NCBI GenBank assembly: GCA_035285865.1
Contig: JAYKHS010000004.1
Coordinates: 32,001 to 96,000 of the forward strand
DNA: 64,000 nt
Reading direction: 5' to 3'
Origin: Candidatus Sericytochromatia bacterium
GTDB lineage: Bacteria; Cyanobacteriota; Sericytochromatia; S15B-MN24; VGJW01
A program made the position numbers and the translations under genes. Under the pieces are notes generated by a model that did no database searches, was not told the DNA's origin, and saw only the letters and a program-made list of their open reading frames with translations. How positions within the stretch are numbered: the stretch's first letter is position 1; each line of letters begins with the position of its first letter. Of this stretch, positions 56,276 to 64,000 are shown piece after piece.

Positions 56276-59200
56276 GGCGGAGCTCCTTTCGGCAGAAGGG
56301 TACGAAAATGTTGGCCAAGGCCTGGATGTCGACCTGCAACTGTCTCCAGTCCTGCAGGGCTAGGGTTTCCCGGGCGATCCGGATGCTGGACTGTTCCTTC
56401 AGGCCCAGCTGGAGCGCAGCGCGGAAGTCCGCCGCAGCCTCGTCGACCAGGCCCTTGGTTCGATAGAGCGCGCCTCGGGCGAACAGGGCGATTGGATCTC
56501 CGGGTGCCTTCTCGACCGCCGCAATGGCTTCGAGCAGGTCGGTGTCTCGAGCCTGGTTGCGAAAGGTCAGCGTGCCGAAGACGTGATCCGGGGCGATGGC
56601 CGGGATCGTGCCGACGACGGAAACCTCGGCAAGCTCCCCAAGATCCTCCTTGAGGAGGATCTCAAAGTGTTCGCGACGTTCGGGCCGACCTTCACACGCA
56701 AGGTCCTCGCGTGCCAGTATCCGTCCGTCCGGGGACTTGACCTGAAGTCGGATGACATCGCCCTGCGGGCCTTCGTAGGCAATCGAGAGCCTGATGCGCC
56801 GGTCCTGTACGTAGGCCACCGATGCCTCGAAAGACGTCACGCGCGGTGCCCACACGACCGTGAGCGGCGTCATGCGCCGGTCGCCCACGAACGGGATGAG
56901 CTTGGTGGCCCGGCCCGTGATGCGTTCGGCAAGTTCGGCCAGCGAGACGAAGGCATAGCCCTCATAGAAGGGGACCGAGCGGACGACCTGGTCCCCCAGG
57001 AGCACGCCGCCGGTCTGTCCAAGGTTGGTGAAGAGCACGAGGCCGTAGCGCGCGAGGTCATCGCGTCCGATCACGACCTTGCGCTGGAAGGCAGCGGAAG
57101 GATCCGTGCTGTCCGGGGCATCGTCAAAGAGTCGCCAGCCGCATACCGGCACCTCGAAGTGGGCCTCGAGGTTCAGGCGTGGCCGCTCCAGAGGAACCTG
57201 GGCAACAACGGCGGGAGGCACGAACTCACCGACCCCGAGGCTGCCGACGTCGACCTGGACACCGGGCAGGGCAACGCGGCGACGCACGGCGTCATCGGCG
57301 AAGCACTTGACTCGGCTGACAACCATGAACGAAATCTCTTCGCCCTCCAGAAACGGCTGGGTGGGCAGGTCGTTGAGTTCGAGGTAGGGCAGGACCGTGA
57401 AGGCCGCTTCGGCGACGACGTCGCCGCCCGTCAGCATTTCGAGACGGAAGTGGCCCGATGCGGACTCCCCGAGGCCGAATGCCTTGCGGATCTGGGCCCC
57501 GTTGAATGGGCCGGCTCCGGCTCCGATACCGGCAAGCCGTGCCGTCAGGGCGAGGCTCTGGGTGGTGACCACGGCATCGTTGGCCAGCAGCCTGAAGTCC
57601 AGATCGGCCGCCTGACTGATGGTGGGGGCAGGCTCGATCGAGAGCGTCAGGTCTTCCCAGCGGCGTGCGGCGACACCGTACTGGGCGGGCACCTTGAAGA
57701 AAGCGTCGCTTTCCTCGGGAATCTTCGCTTCGAGGGCAAACGCCGAAACCTTGGCAAAGGACCAGGACAGGTCGCCGCCGAAGGCAAGTTCGAGCGGCCG
57801 GTCAAGCTGCGTCCACGTCACGGTCCAGCAGGCGTACGAGCCGCGAACCCCGGCTGCTTCGACCGTGAAGGGCGCGTCCTCGGGAGCCACGAAGGGCAAG
57901 CCCAGTGGGGCATACAGAACCAGGACGTTCTCGCCCCACCCGTAACGGCCGGGCTGGATCTGAACGCCGCGACGGGCCGAGAACAGCATCGCCCCGGGCA
58001 TCCGGAGTCCCCAGGTGGCTTGCTGGCCACCGACCACGAGGCGGTCCTTGCTGTCACGCTGGCGCAGGAACAGCGTGGCCTCACCAGCCTCGGGTGCTGC
58101 CAACTGGAACCCGGCGAAGACCTGGCTGCCGTTGCCCTGACGATCGGTGTGGGCGCCTGGGAGTTCTTCGACGGGCACGATGCCCCCAGGAACATCCGGA
58201 ATGAGTTCAAGCTGGCGGCTGGCAAGACGCGGGTCGTGAAGGCGCAGTCCCTGGATGCCGAGGTACAAACCGTCAGCCCGATGGTGGAGCCGAAGCTGGC
58301 CGTGGATACCCTCGTCAGGCTGACGATCCTGCTTCGCTACACGCACGGGGCGGTCGATGGGGCGGTGGCGCCACCAGAGGTATCCGAAGGAGCGCCCCTC
58401 GACGTAAAGTTCCCGTGGGGGTACGGGGCTGTCGGCATCGCCTTCGAGTGGCTGGAATTCGTCTCGAGACTTGTAGAGGACTCGCTCGCCGAGGCGACCC
58501 AAGGCCTGCTCGGGGATTTGAACGATTTCTTCGGGGGTCACCAGTTCGTTGGGCATCACGAGGAAGCTTTGCGTGCCCGTACGGTACCGCCCATAGAACG
58601 GGACATCAGACGCCGTGTCGATGTCGACCTGATAGCCATTGGGGAGTACGACCCGGGCCCCTGCAGGAAGACCCTGAAGGAGTCTGCGGAACCGCTCGGG
58701 CCCGATGGCCGAGGTGTAACGCTCTGCCAGGCGACGCAGGGCAACCTTGCCGCGCATGGCCCGCAAAGGGTGGACGCCGCAGGCCTCTTCGACCCGATCG
58801 GGACGGTCCACGAGATCCAGCGGAGACAGATCCTCCCGTACACAGACGGCCTCGACAGCGACGGCGAGATCCATGATGCAGCTGTGGACGGCCGTGGGCA
58901 TTTCGCGGAAGCGTTCGGCCAACTCGCGCAGGCGCAGGTGCTCCTCCTGAAGGATTTGAACCCGCTTCTGCTCGTCGGGTGTGCCACGCATCAAGCGCAG
59001 TGTTTCGCGGATGTCGGCAGGGTGAAAGTACTTCCAATGGATGGCGAAGAGGTCCGCCAAGTCCTGAAGGAGGCGGCCCGGCTGGCCGCTGGTCGCGATG
59101 AGGGCATCGACGTACCAGGCGCCGCGCTTGCCTTCCTTGTCCTGGGCTTCGGCCCGAACCACGCCCTCGTCGGCCAGCGCCTTGTCGAGGATGGACTGGA

Positions 59201-59576
59201 TGCGGGTGTCGGAACTGCGGCCCATCCAGTCCTTGTACATCGACCAGAAGTCGCTGGCCTTGTCGGTGCGCACGCCCTCGTACTCCTCGCGGATCAGGGT
59301 CAGCAGCGCAGCCAAGGTGACGAGGCGCGCCTGGCCCCGTACGGTCGCCGAAATGCCGGGCACGCTCTGGCCACCGTATTCCTGATGGGTCGACAGGGCG
59401 ACGTTCATCAGGGCCTGCAGTTCGTCACCCAGGTCGACATCGGAAAGCGGCGCGCGGGATTCGGCTCCCTCGGAAGGGGCGGCCACGCCGGCCCGGCGGG
59501 CCGCGATCAGCGCATGCAGACGCTCGACCTCGGTCTTGTAGGCCTCGAGGTCAAGGAAGGTGGCCTTCGTCATCAA
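56265..59576 (-). CDS. Large hypothetical protein (1103 aa) with C-terminal TPR
   Basis: Long protein-like ORF; helical N-terminus, beta-rich middle, TPR ALFARGALYRTKGLVDEAAADFRAALQL. Confidence 0.75.
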   Translation of the reverse strand: MMTKATFLDLEAYKTEVERLHALIAARRAGVAAPSEGAESRAPLSDVDLGDELQALMNVALSTHQEYGGQSVPGISATVRGQARLVTLAALLTLIREEYEGVRTDKASDFWSMYKDWMGRSSDTRIQSILDKALADEGVVRAEAQDKEGKRGAWYVDALIATSGQPGRLLQDLADLFAIHWKYFHPADIRETLRLMRGTPDEQKRVQILQEEHLRLRELAERFREMPTAVHSCIMDLAVAVEAVCVREDLSPLDLVDRPDRVEEACGVHPLRAMRGKVALRRLAERYTSAIGPERFRRLLQGLPAGARVVLPNGYQVDIDTASDVPFYGRYRTGTQSFLVMPNELVTPEEIVQIPEQALGRLGERVLYKSRDEFQPLEGDADSPVPPRELYVEGRSFGYLWWRHRPIDRPVRVAKQDRQPDEGIHGQLRLHHRADGLYLGIQGLRLHDPRLASRQLELIPDVPGGIVPVEELPGAHTDRQGNGSQVFAGFQLAAPEAGEATLFLRQRDSKDRLVVGGQQATWGLRMPGAMLFSARRGVQIQPGRYGWGENVLVLYAPLGLPFVAPEDAPFTVEAAGVRGSYACWTVTWTQLDRPLELAFGGDLSWSFAKVSAFALEAKIPEESDAFFKVPAQYGVAARRWEDLTLSIEPAPTISQAADLDFRLLANDAVVTTQSLALTARLAGIGAGAGPFNGAQIRKAFGLGESASGHFRLEMLTGGDVVAEAAFTVLPYLELNDLPTQPFLEGEEISFMVVSRVKCFADDAVRRRVALPGVQVDVGSLGVGEFVPPAVVAQVPLERPRLNLEAHFEVPVCGWRLFDDAPDSTDPSAAFQRKVVIGRDDLARYGLVLFTNLGQTGGVLLGDQVVRSVPFYEGYAFVSLAELAERITGRATKLIPFVGDRRMTPLTVVWAPRVTSFEASVAYVQDRRIRLSIAYEGPQGDVIRLQVKSPDGRILAREDLACEGRPERREHFEILLKEDLGELAEVSVVGTIPAIAPDHVFGTLTFRNQARDTDLLEAIAAVEKAPGDPIALFARGALYRTKGLVDEAAADFRAALQLGLKEQSSIRIARETLALQDWRQLQVDIQALANIFVPFCRKELRLDY

Positions 59577-59693
59577 AAGTCTTTCGGCTGGGTAGGGAGA
59601 GCGCCGGGCGGAGCCGTGGCGTCCAATCGAGGCACCATTCTAGCATGAACGCATGCTTTGACCCTCGTGGGTCGTGGCTGGTAGGCTTGCGCC

Positions 59694-60533
59694 ATGCCTG
59701 CTCCTGCGACCATCCCGGTGGAGGCGTTACGCGCCCTGGCCCCCCGCATCCGCGCTGACGCGCTGCGAATGATTGCCGCGGCAAACTCCGGACACCCGGG
59801 CGGCTCGCTGTCGGCCGTGGAAATCCTGCTTGCCCTCTACAGGGGCGTGCTCCGGCATGACCCTGCCCGGCCCGACTGGGCCGAGCGGGACCGTTTCATC
59901 CTCTCGAAGGGACACGCATGCCCGGCGCTTTACGCCGTCCTGGCCGATTGCGGCTACTTCGACCGTGACTTGCTGCCGACCTTCAGGCGTTTCGGCTCGC
60001 CGCTCCAGGGTCACCCCGAGCTCGGCAAGCTGGCCGGTGTCGAGGCGTCGACCGGTTCGTTGGGCCAAGGCTTGTCCATCGGCCTGGGGATGGCGCTCGG
60101 ACACCGCATGCAGGGGACGGACGCCCGTGTCTATGTCCTGATGGGCGATGGCGAGATCAACGAAGGCCAGGTCTGGGAGGCGGCGCTTTCCGCGGCGCAC
60201 CTGAAGGCGGACCGCCTGACGGCCATCGTCGACATCAACCGCATCCAGCTCGACGGTTTCACTTCGGACATCCTCGAGCTCGAACCGCTGGCGGACAAGT
60301 GGCGTTCTTTCGGGTGGGAAGTCATCGAACTCGACGGCCATGACCTGGATGCCTTGGTCGAGGCCTTTGCCCGGGTACGGTCCATCGACGGCCGTCCGCA
60401 GGTCATCCTGGCCAGGACCACCAAGGGCAAGGGTGTCTCGTTCATGGAGGACAACCCGGAGTTCCACGGTGCACCGCCGAGTGCGGACGAACTGGCCCGG
60501 GCGCTCGTCGAGTTGGGGGTGGCCCATGCCTGA
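59694..60533 (+). CDS. Transketolase, N-terminal subunit
   Basis: SGHPGGSLS, DRFILSKGH, LQGHP, GSLGQG, GDGE TPP motif. Confidence 0.93.
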   Translation: MPAPATIPVEALRALAPRIRADALRMIAAANSGHPGGSLSAVEILLALYRGVLRHDPARPDWAERDRFILSKGHACPALYAVLADCGYFDRDLLPTFRRFGSPLQGHPELGKLAGVEASTGSLGQGLSIGLGMALGHRMQGTDARVYVLMGDGEINEGQVWEAALSAAHLKADRLTAIVDINRIQLDGFTSDILELEPLADKWRSFGWEVIELDGHDLDALVEAFARVRSIDGRPQVILARTTKGKGVSFMEDNPEFHGAPPSADELARALVELGVAHA

Positions 60534-61479
60534 TCGTCCCGTTCGCGTGCTGGGCAAGGCGACCCGGGATGCCTATGGCGAGACCCTGGCGCAACTCGGT
60601 CGCGAGAATCCCCGTATCGTGGCGTTGGACGCGGATCTGTCCAAGAGCACCAAGAGCGTCGTTTTCGCCAAGGCCCATCCCGATCGCTTCGTCAACGTCG
60701 GCATCCAGGAGGCCAACATGGTTGGAATCGCTGCCGGGATGGCCACGACCGGGATGATCCCCTTCGCGTCCTCTTTCGCGACTTTCCTGATGAGCAAGGC
60801 CTTCGATCAGATGCGCATGGCCGTCGCCAACCCCCACCTCAACGTCAAGCTGGTGGGTTCGCACGCAGGTGTCAGCATCGGTGAGGACGGAGCCTCGCAG
60901 ATGGGCGTCGAGGATCTTGCCCTGGCCTGCGCCCTGCCGGGTTTCACCGTGCTGGTGCCTGCGGATGCCGTGGCGGCAGGCAGTCTGACCCGTGTGGCTG
61001 CCGAGCACGTGGGACCTGTCTTCCTCCGGACGGGGCGGGCCAAGGCAGCCGAGATCTATGCTACGGGCACCGAGTTCCGGGTGGGCGGGTCCGTCACCCA
61101 TCACCTGGGTCGTGACGTCAACGTCCTCGCTTGCGGCCTGATGGTATTCGAGGCGCTTGAAGCCGCGGCCGAGGCTCGTGCAGCGGGCATCGACGCCGGA
61201 GTCGTCGACCTCTACAGCCTGAAGCCCGTCGATGCCGACGCCATCGTCGCGGCTGCCGCAGCCTCGGGACGTCTGGTCGTCGCTGAGGAGCACCTTCATC
61301 ACGGCGGGCTCGGCAGCATCGTGGCTCAGGTCCTCGCCGAACGTCATCCCGCGCGGGTGGTGTCGGTCGACCTCGAAGACCGCTATGCCGAGTCGGGCAC
61401 GCCCGAGGCGGTGCTCGAAGCTTGCGGCATGACCAGCGGCCGTGTTCTCGAGGCCATTCGGAAGGCTTCCGCCCTCTAG
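60526..61479 (+). CDS. Transketolase, C-terminal subunit
   Basis: ATRDAYG, DADLSKST, GIQEANM, GEDGASQ, LKPVD, EEH. Confidence 0.93.
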   Translation: MPDRPVRVLGKATRDAYGETLAQLGRENPRIVALDADLSKSTKSVVFAKAHPDRFVNVGIQEANMVGIAAGMATTGMIPFASSFATFLMSKAFDQMRMAVANPHLNVKLVGSHAGVSIGEDGASQMGVEDLALACALPGFTVLVPADAVAAGSLTRVAAEHVGPVFLRTGRAKAAEIYATGTEFRVGGSVTHHLGRDVNVLACGLMVFEALEAAAEARAAGIDAGVVDLYSLKPVDADAIVAAAAASGRLVVAEEHLHHGGLGSIVAQVLAERHPARVVSVDLEDRYAESGTPEAVLEACGMTSGRVLEAIRKASAL

Positions 61480-62315
61480 GGCCAGACCAGGCCTGCCTCG
61501 GCCATCTGCTGGTTGACGTAGGCGCCCCACCCTGTTGCACCCCAGTGCCCTCGGGTCTGCGGGCTGGGATGGATGATGGCGACCTGGCGGGGTGCCCGTC
61601 CGTCCTCGGCAAGGAGGGTCGTGCACGCCGCCGCGAGGCGATCGGCGGCATAGGCACCGACCCCAACCACCCAATCGGGTTGCATCATCCGGACCCAGGC
61701 GCACAAGGCCGCATCGCACCAGGTCGTCATCTCCACGGAGGCCGCGACGCCCTTGCGGAAGTCCGTCGGGATGACATTGCGCCCGTTGGCATCGAAGAAC
61801 AGCAGCGGACAAAAATTGACGACGAAGGCCTTCCGGAAAAAGGCCTCCGCATCGGGGAACAGGCTGCGCGCCCATCCGTACAGGTTCTGGCCCGAGCTTT
61901 CCCGGCGGGTCGACGACAGGCCGATGACCGGACGATCCGCACGTGCGGCTTCCGGGATGCGGACCGCGCCCTCGATGCCCATCCACGTCCGCACGAGTTC
62001 GGGATCCCCGAAGGGAATTCCGGTCTGGCCCATGCCCCACGGACCGGGATTCATGCCCAGGAACAGCGCCTTGCGGGCGCCGGGCTTGCCGTGGCGACCG
62101 AGCCATGCCTCGAGCGGAGCGGATGCATAGGCCTGTGGCCGGTAGATGTGCGTCAATTCCGCAAAACCCTTGCGCAGGGCACCTGCTGTCGGGAAATCCA
62201 GACGGCTTAGTGCCGCGTCGAGCTTGCGCGTCAGCACGATCGGGTCCCGGCAGCCCGCAAGGTCTCGGAGAGTTCCTGGAGTCGCCGGCGGGATGTCGGG
62301 CGGAACGAAGGTCAC
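61476..62315 (-). CDS. SMUG1-type (family 3) uracil-DNA glycosylase
   Basis: GMNPGPWGMGQTGIPFG, ESSG, NFCPL, HPSP; GTG start overlaps upstream stop. Confidence 0.88.
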   Translation of the reverse strand: MTFVPPDIPPATPGTLRDLAGCRDPIVLTRKLDAALSRLDFPTAGALRKGFAELTHIYRPQAYASAPLEAWLGRHGKPGARKALFLGMNPGPWGMGQTGIPFGDPELVRTWMGIEGAVRIPEAARADRPVIGLSSTRRESSGQNLYGWARSLFPDAEAFFRKAFVVNFCPLLFFDANGRNVIPTDFRKGVAASVEMTTWCDAALCAWVRMMQPDWVVGVGAYAADRLAAACTTLLAEDGRAPRQVAIIHPSPQTRGHWGATGWGAYVNQQMAEAGLVWP

Positions 62316-62698
62316 CGTGTCCGCTGCACCTGCAACGCGATGGCACCCGTCAGAGCCATGACCCCCTCGAACCCCCACAGGCTGCACGTGAAGGCCGGTG
62401 GCAGGCCGTTCTGCAGGGTGTCCACGGCTCGTCCCAGCACGAGACCGCCGCAGAGTACCGTCAACAGCAAGAGGGCAGGGCGCGTCGCCGCGGGTCGCCA
62501 GGCCCCCAGGGCCAGCAGCACCGCCACTGCCAGGGACTGTCCCCCGTAGGAGGCGCGCAATTCGTTCGCGGCTCCGGGCTTGGCCGGGGCAAGGCCTACC
62601 GTCGCCGCGAGGCCGACCGGATCGGCAAGACCCTGGACGCCCACCCATAGATAGGCCAGTGCGGCCAGTGCCAGCAGGATTCGCGAGGTCATGGGCAT
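62312..62698 (-). CDS. DUF4345-like membrane protein
   Basis: Four TM helices; NELRASYGG and LGR motifs. Confidence 0.7.
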   Translation of the reverse strand: MPMTSRILLALAALAYLWVGVQGLADPVGLAATVGLAPAKPGAANELRASYGGQSLAVAVLLALGAWRPAATRPALLLLTVLCGGLVLGRAVDTLQNGLPPAFTCSLWGFEGVMALTGAIALQVQRTR

Positions 62699-62728
62699 AC
62701 AATAAGGGTTGTTCCCGGAGGATTGTCC

Positions 62729-62977
62729 ATGCGCTCCCTGCCAGAAGCCCTGTCGGCACCCGCCGTCCTGCGCGAGGTTCTCGAGACCTACGTGGCCGAT
62801 CTGGCCCCCATTCGCGACGGCCTCGCCGACGTCATGGCGGCCTCGGACCCTGCTGACATTTACGCGCCGATCTGGGCCAGCCTCGGCAGTGCCGAGATGG
62901 CGGCCCTGACCCGCGCGTTCGCGTCCGTCATCGAGCGCAACAACGCGCGCCTTCTGGAAGAACTCGCGCGCCGCTGA
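62729..62977 (+). CDS. Small hypothetical protein
   Basis: GGAGG RBS, helical composition. Confidence 0.6.
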   Translation: MRSLPEALSAPAVLREVLETYVADLAPIRDGLADVMAASDPADIYAPIWASLGSAEMAALTRAFASVIERNNARLLEELARR

Positions 62978-62986
62978 CCCCCCGGC

Positions 62987-63475
62987 TCAGGCCGCGAGGG
63001 CTTTCTCGATGGCCTGTTCTAGGTCGGCCGGCGTCGTCGCGCTGGCGTAGCGGTCGATGACCTGCCCGTCCCGGCCGACGAGGAATTTCGTGAAATTCCA
63101 CTTGATCCCCTCGGTGCCGAGGATACCCTTCTGCGCCCGCTTCAGGTGCTGGAACAGGGGGTGCGCGTTGTCGCCATTGACGTCGACCTTCGCGAACATC
63201 GGGAAGCTGACGTCATAGGTCAGGCTGCAGAAGTTCGCGATTTCCTCGGCATCGCCTGGCTCCTGGGCCCCGAACTGATTGCATGGGAAGCCCAGCACGA
63301 CCAGGCCCTTGTCGGCGTACTTGCGCCAGAGTTCCTCGAGGCCCTTGTACTGCGGGGTGAAACCGCACTTGCTGGCCACGTTGACGATGAGCAGGACCTT
63401 GCCCTGCCAGGCAGCCAGCGTGGTGTCCTCACCTTTGAGGGTGCGGAGGGGAATGTCGTGGATGTTCGCGTTCAT
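62987..63475 (-). CDS. Glutathione peroxidase family (Cys type)
   Basis: VNVASKCGFTPQY, GFPCNQFGAQEP, WNFTKFLV. Confidence 0.93.
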   Translation of the reverse strand: MNANIHDIPLRTLKGEDTTLAAWQGKVLLIVNVASKCGFTPQYKGLEELWRKYADKGLVVLGFPCNQFGAQEPGDAEEIANFCSLTYDVSFPMFAKVDVNGDNAHPLFQHLKRAQKGILGTEGIKWNFTKFLVGRDGQVIDRYASATTPADLEQAIEKALAA

Positions 63476-63545
63476 GAGGCCTCTTGCTCGGTGCGCGTGC
63501 CGGGAGCAGGTCAGGATCCACGGTAGCAGGCCCGGAGGCCTTTCG

Positions 63546-64000
63546 TCAGCGACGCAGGACGGTCGGGGCGTCGGCCGACTCGACCGTCGCCTCCCGGACG
63601 GCCCGCTGGCAGGCCTGTTCACGGGTGTCTGCCTCGATGCGGGCCGGACCTTCGCTGCGCATCACGAGGGCTGTCTTGGCTGCGGCTGCGGCACCGGCAG
63701 CAAGCAACATGCCCCCGAACCCGCTCTTTCCGAGGATCGTGCCCAGTTTGCCGCCCAGCAGCGCGCCCGCGGCGGCGGCACCACCGGCGGCCAAGTTCGA
63801 CGGGGTGTCCCCCAGCCAGCGCATCAGGCGCCCATCGGTGAACTCGGCCTTGAGTGCCTTGTCTTCGACGGCCACCACGGTGGTGTTCAAGCCACCCTGA
63901 CGGATCTGGGAGCCGACCGTCACACCCCGCAGCTGCATGTTGCAGCCCGCTATGAGCAGGCGGTCCTGACCGCGGTCCAGAACCAGGTAGTCTGCCGCAC
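63546..64000 (-). CDS. Hypothetical protein, 5' end outside the window
   Basis: Frame of the 130-aa ORF stays open to the window edge (AADYLVLDRGQDRLLIAGCN-MQLRG); Gly-zipper-like segment. Confidence 0.55.
   Translation of the reverse strand, partial: AADYLVLDRGQDRLLIAGCNMQLRGVTVGSQIRQGGLNTTVVAVEDKALKAEFTDGRLMRWLGDTPSNLAAGGAAAAGALLGGKLGTILGKSGFGGMLLAAGAAAAAKTALVMRSEGPARIEADTREQACQRAVREATVESADAPTVLRR

Noticed and set aside
56583..59648. 1021-aa plus-strand ORF
   Set aside because: Antisense shadow of the 1103-aa gene; such shadows are common in high-GC DNA and this one has no motifs
62987..63475. Selenocysteine in the glutathione peroxidase
   Set aside because: Active-site codon is TGC (Cys); no in-frame TGA
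1..64000. CRISPR array, rRNA, transposase, integrase or prophage
   Set aside because: No regularly spaced repeats or recognisable motifs seen; no direct repeat of either tRNA 3' end noticed

Overview
GC-rich chromosomal window of a Gram-negative bacterium. The DUF4912 + GH57/DUF1957 pair, the ABC1 kinase and tRNAs without encoded CCA hint at a relative of the Cyanobacteria (inference only). Housekeeping genes are interspersed: engB, lgt, tadA, gyrA, an aroK-aroB fusion, speB, a split transketolase, an iscA-like gene, a kamA-family radical SAM enzyme, SMUG1-type UDG and a glutathione peroxidase. There are two tRNAs (Gln-CTG and an atypical Ser-CGA that can fold as 8/4). Signalling clusters include two PP2C phosphatases, a Ser/Thr kinase, CheY, a CheX fused to four MshEN-like repeats and a stand-alone MshEN-like protein. 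A ~24 kb type IV pilus region (25.6-49.4 kb) holds at least six prepilins, a secretin, PilC with a duplicated N-domain, apparent PilM-PilN and PilO-PilP fusions, PilB with MshEN, a GT-C glycosyltransferase and a PilI-like permease. It is followed by a queuosine-salvage gene, an ExbB/ExbD/TonB/receptor operon and a two-gene unit of large unknown proteins. No CRISPR array, rRNA, transposase or integrase was seen. The best leads are the fused-component pilus with its MshEN network, the allo-tRNA-like tRNA-Ser, a 38-aa ORF behind three SOS-box-like sites, a candidate ~108-nt structured RNA behind the major pilin, and the 1103-aa/453-aa unknown pair. All calls come from motif reading by eye; no searches were run.
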